Shown here piece by piece: positions 1 to 8,989 of a DNA stretch of 64,000 bases. The number at the start of each line of letters is the position of its first letter. Position 1 is the stretch's first letter. The stretch spans positions 352,001 to 416,000 of the forward strand of contig CAVXEP010000012.1 of NCBI GenBank assembly GCA_963760795.1, in the 5' to 3' direction. The notes under the pieces are model-generated. The model did no database searches and was not told the origin of the DNA. It worked only from the letters and a program-made list of their open reading frames with translations. A program made the position numbers and the translations under genes. Source of the stretch: an uncultured delta proteobacterium (GTDB taxonomy: Bacteria > Desulfobacterota > Binatia > UBA9968).

Positions 1-737
1 AAGCCGCTGGTGCTGGCCTTGCCGGTGGACGACATGACGAACAAACTTACGATAGCCTGCTTGGGGTCTTTGGTCGGCAGTACGATCACGCCGGTGCCCA
101 ACGTCGAGTAGGGTACCGTTGGATCCGTTAGCGGATTAAAGTTCAACGCCATATTCATGAACTGCGTGTCGCCTTTGCCATGGGCAAATTCATTCATGTC
201 GCCGGCGGTAGCACTGACGGTGGCGTACTTGCCGATCGTCAAGCCGACGTAATGCGACAGAAACTGGGTAAAGTTCACTGCCGGCAGGTTGAAGTTATCG
301 CCGGCGGGCGTTGGATAGAGCTGGTTGCTATTGACGAACATGAGCGCGCCGGTTCTGCCGTTGAGCGATTTTCGCAGCGTATCGGCGGGAATAAAATTGC
401 CTTCGGCTTCCACGTTCAAAAAACCGCCCGGCCACAGACCGAGTTTCTGAGTGTCCACATTGAGAATGATGTCGCCGCGCCCGCCGCTGTACTGCCAGCC
501 GGTTTGTTTGCCGCCATGAACGATCCCCAGGGCGGCTTGGGTGACGTTCATGTCTAGGGTGACGCCCTTGGCCGCCAGATCGTTGCGCAATCCGCCCCAG
601 TCGCCGCTGAGCGTGGAGCGCGTCCAGATATCGCCCGAGTAGGGAGTTGCCGGCGGCGCTTCCGCCGCTCCAAGCTGCCGATTGACAAAACTACCGAGCA
701 GCAACAGCGCTGCCGCAATCATTACAAGTCTTTTCAA
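1..737 (-). CDS. Carbohydrate-selective porin, OprB family (runs off the window edge)
   Basis: Manual translation from TTG at 737: MKRLVMIAAALLLLG..YSGDIWTRSTLSGDWGGLRNDLAAKGVTLD..DTQKLGLWPGG. Signal peptide plus typical OprB N-terminus; AAAGGA RBS. Not in the ORF track because it is open at the edge. Confidence 0.85.
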   Translation of the reverse strand, partial: MKRLVMIAAALLLLGSFVNRQLGAAEAPPATPYSGDIWTRSTLSGDWGGLRNDLAAKGVTLDMNVTQAALGIVHGGKQTGWQYSGGRGDIILNVDTQKLGLWPGGFLNVEAEGNFIPADTLRKSLNGRTGALMFVNSNQLYPTPAGDNFNLPAVNFTQFLSHYVGLTIGKYATVSATAGDMNEFAHGKGDTQFMNMALNFNPLTDPTVPYSTLGTGVIVLPTKDPKQAIVSLFVMSSTGKASTSG

Positions 738-799
738 TGCGTTTGGTCCTTTGCAGATGTTGCCACCACAATTCGGGTCGCTTCGGAAACAGAAACTGA

Positions 800-1168
800 A
801 TCTGCCCAAAACCCCAAATCAAACTGCTCGGCTTCGACGGTGAGAAAGTGGGATTGATGTCGCCCTATCCCGCGGCGCTCTCGACGCCTGGAAATAACGA
901 CGGCTGATTGATGATCGGCATGATCACCCGCGTGATCAGGTTTCAGTCGTCAGCGATCTTGATCGGGATCACCGGCTGAACGTTGAGGAGGTAAATCATC
1001 TTGTCTCTGGAGCCAGCGCCGAAGTTGAAATTGCTCTGCAGCGGCACGCTGATCAAATCCGCTACCGGATTTTGCGTTTTCTTGGCCAGCTCCGATCGCC
1101 TGCGCTTGTGAGAACAATGAAGCGGCCACCGCCACGATGGCGGCTAGAAATTGGATTTTTTTCATCAT
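800..1168 (-). pseudogene. Degraded outer-membrane beta-barrel gene ('NPVADLISVP' family)
   Basis: Signal peptide in ORF 950..1168. After a frameshift it reads KTQNPVADLISVPLQSNFNFG..LNVQPVIPIKIADD*NLITRVIMPIINQP..AAG*GDINPTF, with two in-frame stops and a truncation. Confidence 0.75.
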
Positions 1169-1369
1169 ACATCAAGCAGCCAGCTCCGTTTGCTCCCGTC
1201 AAATTTCCCGTCACTCAACACTTGTTTACAGGAGGCAACAGAGGGAGTTTTCCCAAAAGAACTTTCCCCCTGTTAACTCAGTTACCTTCTGTTGAAAATC
1301 CCTCTCTATTATCTCTGTTGACTCCGGTTGAAATGAATTTCCCGCCGCTCGCCGCTTTTCGTCCATGAC

Positions 1370-2107
1370 TCAATGAACCATGCGCGCCTTGCGCACCTGC
1401 TCCGGTCGTATCCATCCCTGCTTGGCAAAAAACTCCGACAGATAGCGCGCTACTAGATCGCCGCTTCCTGCGGCCATGCGGGCGACCTCCGATTTATATG
1501 TTTTAACGCCTGCCACCGTAGCGTTGGCAGCCACCATCCCAGCGGTGACCCCTCCCGCCGCGGCCGCACCGACAACCATAGTGGTCGCCGCGCCCGGCAA
1601 ATTGCCGCTGTAGGATTGGGTGGTGAAATCGAGCAATTTACGCGCTTCTTGCCCCTGGTAGACTTGAACCTGGCTATCGACCGTGGACGCTCCATTGCCG
1701 AAGCCGACAACCAAACGATGCAGCGGATTGCCCTCATTGACGGTCAGGAATTGACCGTCGATCACCAGGTCGCTGCCCGTGGCCTTGGTCTCGCGGCCGA
1801 CTCGCTCGACGACGAATCCCAGCGGCCTTAAGCCGTCGACAACTTCCTCCGCCAAAGCGTCTTTCACCTCCTTGGCGAGCAATCGTTCCCGCTCGGACGC
1901 ATCTTTTATGTTTGGCTGTTGGCGCATGATGCCCTGGTACTCTTTGACTTCGCTCTCACTCACGGCGAAGTCCAGGACAAGTATGCGGCTGGGCCGCGGC
2001 AAATTGGTATCAGGAACCAGGGCAGCGCGGCGAATGCCCGTCTGGCCGCAAGCGGCAACCCAACAGCAGAGCAGTGCGCCGGCAAACACGCGAATCCGGT
2101 TCGGCAT
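1370..2107 (-). CDS. DUF4410-like lipoprotein
   Basis: Lipobox VAAC; 'LVIDGQFLTVNEGNPLHRLVVGFGNGAS' motif; GAGGA RBS. Confidence 0.75.
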   Translation of the reverse strand: MPNRIRVFAGALLCCWVAACGQTGIRRAALVPDTNLPRPSRILVLDFAVSESEVKEYQGIMRQQPNIKDASERERLLAKEVKDALAEEVVDGLRPLGFVVERVGRETKATGSDLVIDGQFLTVNEGNPLHRLVVGFGNGASTVDSQVQVYQGQEARKLLDFTTQSYSGNLPGAATTMVVGAAAAGGVTAGMVAANATVAGVKTYKSEVARMAAGSGDLVARYLSEFFAKQGWIRPEQVRKARMVH

Positions 2108-2219
2108 CAGGTAATTCCTCCGCTTTCGGAAACTTGGCTTTTTGACGAAGAATTATGGCAGCACATGCAACAACCCGGCAAAGTCCGGGCGACCAGTCAT
2201 CGCCGCGGCCGCACTGGCG

Positions 2220-2600
2220 CTAACGCGTCTGGGCACTCGGAGCTGTGGCGGTCGTACCCACGCCAACCGATTCCCGGTAAACCATAATCTCCACCCGGCG
2301 GTTTTTCGCCCGCCCGGCGTCGCTATTGTTATCGGCCACCGGCACGCGCTCGCCGTAACCGACCGCCATCACGCGGGTCGGTTCGATATTTCTTTCCGCG
2401 ACCAGATAGGCCGCGATGTTTTCCGCGCGCCGCTTGGACAGCTCGTAGTTGTAGCTTGCCGAGCCTTGGGTATCGGTATGGCCGGCGACGACAAACACCA
2501 GGTTGCCGCCGTCATCGGACTGCCCCTTCACGTCGCTCAGAAAGCTGTCGATATCTTTCTTCGCCTGGCCGCTGAACTGAATCGAATTGGACGCGAAATG
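2220..2600 (-). pseudogene. OmpA-like peptidoglycan-binding domain, N-terminus missing
   Basis: HFASNS..GHTDTQGSASYNYELSKRRA..GYGE..NRRVEI is present, but there is no start codon or signal peptide upstream in frame. Confidence 0.7.
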
Positions 2601-2680
2601 CGGACGCCGCGCGTTGGGCGACCCGCCGGCACGAAGCCACGGGGTTGCGGAGCATAACCCGCGACACCCGGCACTTTGCC

Positions 2681-3175
2681 TTACTTCATCAGCGGCACGC
2701 CCTGGGCGAGCTCGTACCTCACTATGGCGCGAATCTTGTTTTCGATTTGCAGGTAACGCGCGACTTTGATGGTCGGCAGCGCTTTGCTGAGCTTGGGCGC
2801 GAAAGTGCTTTTGATGTTAACCTCTGCTTGCTCGATCGCGTTGGCCTCATCGATTAGCTTTTTCGCCTTGTCGTCGGTCAGCGACTTTTTGTGCATGTCA
2901 TCGGCGTAGCTCTCAAGCAGTTTGATGAGGCGACGATTGATCTTCTGCAATTCCTTTTGATAGTCGTCGTAGATCGGCCAGAAGTTTTTCGCCTCCGACT
3001 CGGTCAACTCCATATTTTCCGCCACCACCAACTTCTTATCGGCTTTGATCTTATCACGCAGGATTTGCATGTTGTCGGCCGGCTTGTCCTGCGCCGCCAA
3101 ACCAAGCGACGGAAGCCCTACCAGCATGATCGCTACTGCAACACCTATTATTTTCTTCGCTAAGTCTTTTCTCAT
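2681..3175 (-). CDS. Exported helical hypothetical protein (paralog of 3906..4397)
   Basis: Signal peptide; 'ADKKLVVAENMELTESEAKNFWPIY..ARYLQIENK'; AAGGAG RBS. Confidence 0.8.
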   Translation of the reverse strand: MRKDLAKKIIGVAVAIMLVGLPSLGLAAQDKPADNMQILRDKIKADKKLVVAENMELTESEAKNFWPIYDDYQKELQKINRRLIKLLESYADDMHKKSLTDDKAKKLIDEANAIEQAEVNIKSTFAPKLSKALPTIKVARYLQIENKIRAIVRYELAQGVPLMK

Positions 3176-3205
3176 CGTTTATCTCCTTGGGGCATCATCT
3201 AACGC

Positions 3206-3241
3206 TTTGAACTACTCGAACGTTTTGAACGGCTTGAACGA
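3206..3241. repeat. Short degenerate 9-bp tandem repeat (TTGAACnnn x4)
   Basis: Sequence reads ctttgaactactcgaacgttttgaacggcttgaacg. Confidence 0.6.
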
Positions 3242-3267
3242 GTCCTTTACGGCTGTCCCGCCTATGC

Positions 3268-3843
3268 TTATGGGTTGATTTTGGTAATCTTCGTTCCCTG
3301 GATACCCATTCCGCCCATCAGTCCCTTCTGGTCGAAGATGAATGCATACACACCTTTTTGCATTGTTGTCGTCGACATAGTCTTGCCGAAGCCATCGTCC
3401 AACACGACCAGGCTCGGCCCGACCCCCACTTCATACCCTTCGGTTTTGTCGAGATACTGGAGGGAGGCATCGTCCATGAAAAACAGCACGTAGCCAAACG
3501 CCTGGACCCCGGCCTGGAATCCATAGGAGCCCGCCAGCGACCGGTAATAGGCGGTGGTCTTGCCGCCTTTGCGCAAAGCGCCGTCGCCGTATTGCCCCCC
3601 AACAATGAATCCGCCCTTGACAATGCTCGGGAAAACCAGCACCGCCACCGCCTTGTCGCCTAACGCTTTTGCGCCCGGTACTTTTTTATAAAGAGACGCC
3701 AGCGCCGCCCTCGCGTCGCGATCGATTTCGGCCGCGCTCGCGGCCGGCGCCGCGGCCGGACTCAAGAGATGGAAGGTAAACAGCGTCAATGTCAGCCCGA
3801 CGATCATGATTCCTATCTTAGAATTTCGTTTATTTGCTCTCAT
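3268..3843 (-). CDS. YSC84/SYLF lipid-binding domain exported protein
   Basis: 'VFPSIVKGGFIVGGQYGDGAL', 'GSYGFQAG', 'QKGLMGGMGIQGTKITKI'. Confidence 0.85.
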   Translation of the reverse strand: MRANKRNSKIGIMIVGLTLTLFTFHLLSPAAAPAASAAEIDRDARAALASLYKKVPGAKALGDKAVAVLVFPSIVKGGFIVGGQYGDGALRKGGKTTAYYRSLAGSYGFQAGVQAFGYVLFFMDDASLQYLDKTEGYEVGVGPSLVVLDDGFGKTMSTTTMQKGVYAFIFDQKGLMGGMGIQGTKITKINP

Positions 3844-3905
3844 TCTGTGCTCCTGTCATCAATATTGAGGTGTTACCACTGGATACTCGTCCCTCGACAT
3901 TTTTT

Positions 3906-4397
3906 TTACTTAGCCAACGGCACGGTGACCGCAATATCGTACCTGAGCAGCATGCGGTACTCATTCTCGATCTGCAGATAGCGCGCCGCCTTCTTTGCCG
4001 GCAGTGCTTTAGTCACCTTGGGGATAAAGGCGCTGCGCTGCTTAACCTCGTCCTGTTCGAGGGCGATCCACTCGTCGAGCAGCTTCTTGGCTTTCTCGTC
4101 AGTGAGCGACTTGCCGCGATAGTCCGCGGCATAGCTTTTCAAGAGCGCGCCCAGACGCTCGTGGATTGTCTGCAAATCCTTTTGGTAATCTTCGTATACC
4201 GGCCAGAAACTTTTCGCTTCCGACTCGGTCAGTTCCATATACTTCGACACGATCAGCTTCTTGTCCGCCTTAAGTTTCTCGTGGACGATTTCCAGATTGT
4301 TAGCGGGCTTATCCTGGGACCGCGCATTTGTCGGCGCACTCCCGAGCGCGGCCACGAATAAAACCGCCAAGCATTTTGTCCGGGTATTTCTATTCAT
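3906..4397 (-). CDS. Exported helical hypothetical protein (paralog of 2681..3175)
   Basis: Shares ADKKL..MELTESEAK.FWP.Y.DYQK and ARYLQIEN with the other copy. Confidence 0.8.
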   Translation of the reverse strand: MNRNTRTKCLAVLFVAALGSAPTNARSQDKPANNLEIVHEKLKADKKLIVSKYMELTESEAKSFWPVYEDYQKDLQTIHERLGALLKSYAADYRGKSLTDEKAKKLLDEWIALEQDEVKQRSAFIPKVTKALPAKKAARYLQIENEYRMLLRYDIAVTVPLAK

Positions 4398-4425
4398 CTC
4401 GACCTATCCTCCTTCTCGTTGTTTT

Positions 4426-4848
4426 TTACACATTAGAATTCGCCTTGAGGGCGTTGCGTCCCGGCGACGACAGCAAGTACCACAGCATTACCACCGGGAC
4501 GATCGACCAGACCAGCGCTCGCGCCGGCGATTCGCCTTGGATCACGACGCTCACGATAAGGAATAGCGTCACCGCAGCGACTACGATGCCGAGCCATCTC
4601 GCCCAGCTCCGGCCCAGCAATGCTCCGCAGGCGAAGACAACGTAGAGCATCGTGATCGCGGCCACAAGGCCGCCGCGGAAAAATGCCAGGACACCAACCA
4701 GAGGGAGAATCAGTAAACCCTGTCCCATGAGATCGCTGCCAGCATCGAACCAGCGAAGCGCGCGCAGACCGCCTAACGCGCTTTGCACTAGCGCCAACAC
4801 GGCGACGACCGTCAAGCCGATGGTTCGCCTAGGTAATGCAGATTCCAT
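4426..4848 (-). CDS. Four-TM membrane protein
   Basis: Four hydrophobic segments; lies in operon position after DUF2950. Confidence 0.7.
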   Translation of the reverse strand: MESALPRRTIGLTVVAVLALVQSALGGLRALRWFDAGSDLMGQGLLILPLVGVLAFFRGGLVAAITMLYVVFACGALLGRSWARWLGIVVAAVTLFLIVSVVIQGESPARALVWSIVPVVMLWYLLSSPGRNALKANSNV

Positions 4849-4856
4849 TGGCCCCG

Positions 4857-5810
4857 CTACTGCTTCACTTCCACCCAGCTTTTATCCGGGTCGTAGTCTT
4901 TCATCGCCTCGGCGGCTGAGCCGGTGTTAGCACCCAAATCCTTTTGAAAAACCTTGCCTTGGTGATTGACGATGAACGTCATCACGCCGGAATTGCGGTA
5001 TTCGGCGGGATAGGCGACCAGCGCGAAACCGCCAATCATGTTGCCCTTAACTAGATAGCTATAGGCGCCGCCCGGCGCGTTCTTGCCCTGGCCTGTAAGA
5101 ATTCGATAATAATAGCCGTGGTAGGGCGCGGGCTTGTCGGGTTTGTTTTGCCCGTACCCTTGCTTCACGGCGCGCGCGGCAAAGGGTCCGAGGGGACTAC
5201 TCTCTTCGCCGGCTTTAGCTTCCCAATACAAACCATTTTTCTTGCCCGGGTCGCTGCGGAACTTCTGAGCGTATTCTACCAGTCCGTCGCCGTCGCGATC
5301 CTTCTTGGCGTACTCGCGCTGGGCGTCGACATAGGCGAGCGAGACTTGAGCAGCGTCCAGCTCGTTCTGCCCGATGCGGCGATTGAGGACTTCTTCTCTG
5401 CCTTTGGCGGTATCGAACACCCACCCTTCGCTCTTTTTGACCACGGGAATCGGAAACGGCCAATCGTTGTTGCCGATCACGAGAATCATATTCTCGCCTT
5501 CGGCGACCAGCCGGTTTTTCTGATCATAGGCGGCAAGAAATTTCGCCCGCCGCTCTTTGTCGCCGACCGGGTCCCCTGAAGAGAGCAAATCTTTCGCCTG
5601 CGTCCCAAAGATCGCCAGAAGATCCTTGTCATTATTGCTGCGGGCTGCGGCGACCACTGTCTTGACCGCTTCGTCAGCGCTGGCAAAACTCTTTTGCGCC
5701 GCTGCCGCATGACTCTTGATCGCGCAGCCGAGAAGCGCCAGGAATACCATGGCGACCAGTAGAATTGCTTGTCCAGGTGATTTTTCGTTGTGTCTATTTC
5801 GCAGTTTCAT
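4857..5810 (-). CDS. DUF2950 family exported protein
   Basis: 'WPFPIPVVK..FDT..G.EEVLNRRIGQNE', 'PYHGYYYRIL', 'GGFALVAYPAEY.NSGVMTF'. Start re-placed at ATG 5810 after a GGAGG RBS. Confidence 0.9.
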   Translation of the reverse strand: MKLRNRHNEKSPGQAILLVAMVFLALLGCAIKSHAAAAQKSFASADEAVKTVVAAARSNNDKDLLAIFGTQAKDLLSSGDPVGDKERRAKFLAAYDQKNRLVAEGENMILVIGNNDWPFPIPVVKKSEGWVFDTAKGREEVLNRRIGQNELDAAQVSLAYVDAQREYAKKDRDGDGLVEYAQKFRSDPGKKNGLYWEAKAGEESSPLGPFAARAVKQGYGQNKPDKPAPYHGYYYRILTGQGKNAPGGAYSYLVKGNMIGGFALVAYPAEYRNSGVMTFIVNHQGKVFQKDLGANTGSAAEAMKDYDPDKSWVEVKQ

Positions 5811-5853
5811 TAAAGCCTCCATCGGATCGGTTGCGGGATCGAGTTTGCTCTGG

Positions 5854-7077
5854 CTATCTGCGCCGTCCGCCGCCACCCCCGCCACCCCCGCCTCTGGCTC
5901 CGCCGCCACCGCCCCGGCTGGCGCTGCCCCGCTGGCTGGCGCTATGCGCCGAACTGCCACCGCGATCGACGCCTTCAAAGGCACCGCCGCCACTTCCACC
6001 CCCGCCACCGCCGCCGCGATCCGCTGCACCCGCCCGTTCACCACCGCCTGACTGACTCGCTCCCCCCGCCTGCTGTGCTCGCTTGCTGTCTGATTTTGTT
6101 GCTGCTGCGCCTTGCTGTCCGGTGTTTTGTTGCTGCGCTTGCTGCGCCCGTTGTTGCGCTTGCTGCTGTTCATTTGGGGTCAAGGCACTGCCTGTGTGAC
6201 CACGGTAGGCCTGCCGCGCTTGCACCTGTTGAGAGGGCGTCGCTTGGTTATAGCGCTGCTGGACGGTTTGGTTGCTGTAGTTCTGCCGGTTGATGTTGTT
6301 GTTGATGTTGGTGTTCCGACTATTGTTGATATTCACATCGCCGCCGTTGTAGTTGGTATTGCCCCAAGCGTAACCCCAGGCGGCGCCTAAGGCGACTCCG
6401 GATGCAAAGGCGAATGCAGTCGTGGCCACATATCCTGGAGGATAATAGTAATAGGGCGGATAGGCAGGATACGCCCAGGCGCCATACACCACCGTGGGAT
6501 TGTAGGTCGGCACATGGATCACCTGGGGATCGGCAGGCTCGATCTTGATGATCTTTTCTTCGACGATGACGGTCTGCTCTTTGGTCGTCTTGAGATTGCC
6601 GGCCGCTTGCGCCTTGGCGCGCAGACGCTGGATGGTATCCAAGACCGGCTTTTGTTGCGCGATAAAAGCGTCTCCAAGTTTCTGCGTCCAATCCAGTTTA
6701 TCGTTCATCATGGTCAGCACCTGGGGAAAATTGACCAGCGATTTCACGCTCGCATCCCAACTTTGTGATTCGAGCTGTTTGGTCAACGCCTCGCCTTTGA
6801 GACTTGCGTTCTGTTTGGCGAATCGCTCGGCCTGGACCACTTCGAGCGGAAACGTCGAAGCCATCAATATTTGCGCGATCAATGAATCGGGATAAAGCGC
6901 GATCGGCGCTAGTATCTGATCCAATTCTTCCTGCTTGAAAGTCGGCGGCGCCGCCGGTTGTTGCGTCGATGCTGCCGGTGGTGCCGCCGGCTGCTGCGTC
7001 ATGACCGTCGGCGGTGCCGCCAGGAGCACAATCATCGCCCAGGCCAACGGCCGCACAAAGAATTGTTTTGTGAACAT
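5854..7077 (-). CDS. DUF3300 family exported protein with Q/N/G-rich tail
   Basis: 'ELDQILAPIALYPDSLIAQILMAST', 'WDASVKSL..FPQVL..M..LDWTQKLGDAF'. Confidence 0.9.
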   Translation of the reverse strand: MFTKQFFVRPLAWAMIVLLAAPPTVMTQQPAAPPAASTQQPAAPPTFKQEELDQILAPIALYPDSLIAQILMASTFPLEVVQAERFAKQNASLKGEALTKQLESQSWDASVKSLVNFPQVLTMMNDKLDWTQKLGDAFIAQQKPVLDTIQRLRAKAQAAGNLKTTKEQTVIVEEKIIKIEPADPQVIHVPTYNPTVVYGAWAYPAYPPYYYYPPGYVATTAFAFASGVALGAAWGYAWGNTNYNGGDVNINNSRNTNINNNINRQNYSNQTVQQRYNQATPSQQVQARQAYRGHTGSALTPNEQQQAQQRAQQAQQQNTGQQGAAATKSDSKRAQQAGGASQSGGGERAGAADRGGGGGGGSGGGAFEGVDRGGSSAHSASQRGSASRGGGGGARGGGGGGGGGRRR

Positions 7078-7625
7078 GGTCGCTCCTTATTATTCTTTCA
7101 CTTTCGCTACTCAGTTATCGAACGTCAGGAACGGACTCCAGGCGCCAAGACCTATGAAAACTCGCTCCCGGTCACTTGCCTTTTCGCCTGTCACTCGAAC
7201 ACTCGACTCTCAGTGTAGCTTCACCCGTTTGCGTGCCTGCAAATTGCGCTCACTTCAATTTTAAACTGATCCCCAACGGGCCCGCGGCGAGCTGCGTGCC
7301 GGACTCTTGCGACGACAGCGCGATGACCACGCCCTGCCAATGCGCTACTTCGGCGGCATTGCAATAATTGACTTGACGCTTTTATTTAATTCCTCTGGTT
7401 AAAGTTACTTGAGCACAAATTATTTCGATTGTCATGCGAATTCTTAAACGCCGTGCAGAGCCGAGGCTGATGAACGCAGGTTTTTCGTCGCAAATCGTCG
7501 CCGACAACTTCCCCTTCGCTCAAGCAAACCATGATGGCGCTGCAAAACATTTCCTTCGCGTCTATGATAATTTTCGCCCGAGAATTAATTACCCGGGTAC
7601 TCAAAAGAAAATATCATCTGCAAAA

Positions 7626-7641
7626 TTGGACCTTGGTCCCA
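7626..7641. promoter_or_regulatory. Palindromic candidate operator TTGGACCTTGGTCCCA
   Basis: Near-identical to the palindrome at 8155..8170; intergenic, upstream of the DUF3300 operon. Confidence 0.55.
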
Positions 7642-7665
7642 TCATCGGCCGGGCATAGAGAACGA

Positions 7666-8061
7666 CTATGTCTCTTCCGAGCCTGTCTTGAGAGCCGCGC
7701 GCAGTGTTTTGGCGAACAGTTCGTCATCGAACGGCTTGCGCAAAAAGGCCACGGCGCCCAACGCCAGCGCCCGCTCGCGCACGCCGACCTCGTCATGAGC
7801 GGTGATAAAGATGATCGGCAAAACATTTCCAGCTTGCGCGAGCCACGCCTGCACCTCCAAGCCGGTCATCCCCGGCATTTGCACATCGAGGATCGCACAA
7901 TCGGCTCGAAACGACGGAACGGTTTCTATAAGTTTTGTAAACTCTGCGCCCGAATTGAACGTTTCGGCGTTCATATCCAGCGAACGGACCAACCGCTGGA
8001 CGGCGCGACAGACGGATACATCGTCGTCCACGATCGCGATAAGAGGTTTGCGTTTGTCCAT
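7666..8061 (-). CDS. Single-domain response regulator (FixJ-like receiver)
   Basis: IAIVDDD, ILDVQMPGMTG, FITAHD, KPF. Confidence 0.9.
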   Translation of the reverse strand: MDKRKPLIAIVDDDVSVCRAVQRLVRSLDMNAETFNSGAEFTKLIETVPSFRADCAILDVQMPGMTGLEVQAWLAQAGNVLPIIFITAHDEVGVRERALALGAVAFLRKPFDDELFAKTLRAALKTGSEET

Positions 8062-8154
8062 GAACCGTCGCTATCCAAAAACCATCACGAACGGTTTGAC
8101 TTCCGGGATGGGTCTCTGTGCGGCGAATCTATCGGAGCAAAAACAAACTGTATA

Positions 8155-8170
8155 TTGGACCTTAGTCCAA
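8155..8170. promoter_or_regulatory. Palindromic candidate operator TTGGACCTTAGTCCAA
   Basis: Perfect TTGGAC-N4-GTCCAA inverted repeat about 95 bp upstream of the receiver gene. Confidence 0.55.
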
Positions 8171-8380
8171 CAGCAGGCTTGGGCAGGTGTACGACTTGGC
8201 GGTGCTCACGCGTGGCGAGCCGGCGATGGGAAATCAATCGATCGTAGCAACAACCCGGCATTTCGCGATCGGGGTATGGACCCCGCTCGCGACCAAAGGG
8301 GATGTTCAACCCCCTTCGGAAACCCCAGCCATTTTGTTCCGCAGCAAGCTGCGGAGAATATTAGATTAAATCGGCTGAGA

Positions 8381-8989
8381 CTATTTAGGCGGGAGCCCGA
8401 GCTTTTCCGCGAAGCGCACCAGATCCGCAACCGACGCGGCGCCCATCTTGGCCATGACCCTGGCACGGTGCACTTTAACGGTTTTTTCCACGGTGCCGAG
8501 CTCGTGGGCAATTTGCTTATTGAGCGATCCGGTCACCACCAGGGCCATCACTTCTCGCTCGCGTCGAGTCAGACTATCGAAGCACGCTTGCAGCTGTTTT
8601 ATTTCCGCCCAATCCTTGCTCTCGAGTGCCGCGCGCGCCAGCGCTTGATCGATGGCGCCGAGCAGCACTTTACTGTGCACCGGCTTGGGCAGAAAATCGA
8701 CGGCGCCGGCTTTCATGGCCCGGACGCTCATGGGAATATCGCCGTGCCCGGTGATGAAGATGATCGGGATCGGCATATTCGCCGCGCGCATGGCATTCTG
8801 AAGCTCCAGGCCGTTGAGGCCCGGCATGCGCACGTCGAGCACCAGGCAGGCGACGCCGGCGGTTTCCGGCGTGGACTCGATAAACTCATGCGCCGATGCG
8901 AAGGTCTTGATTTCGTAGCCCGCAGCGCGAATGAGCCGCGCCAGCGCTTTGCGCACCGAATTATCGTCATCGACCAAAAAGACCGTCAT
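8381..8989 (-). CDS. FixJ/TodT-family response regulator (REC + LuxR HTH)
   Basis: FLVDDD, LDVRMPG, ITGHGDIPMSVRAMKAGAVDFL, LTRREREV..NKQIA..TVKVHRARVM. ATGA overlap with the kinase stop. Confidence 0.92.
   Translation of the reverse strand: MTVFLVDDDNSVRKALARLIRAAGYEIKTFASAHEFIESTPETAGVACLVLDVRMPGLNGLELQNAMRAANMPIPIIFITGHGDIPMSVRAMKAGAVDFLPKPVHSKVLLGAIDQALARAALESKDWAEIKQLQACFDSLTRREREVMALVVTGSLNKQIAHELGTVEKTVKVHRARVMAKMGAASVADLVRFAEKLGLPPK

Noticed and set aside
5811-6173. Long N-terminal extension of the DUF2950 ORF
   Set aside because: It is an alternate-frame read of the Gly-rich DUF3300 tail; an RBS and signal peptide support ATG 5810.
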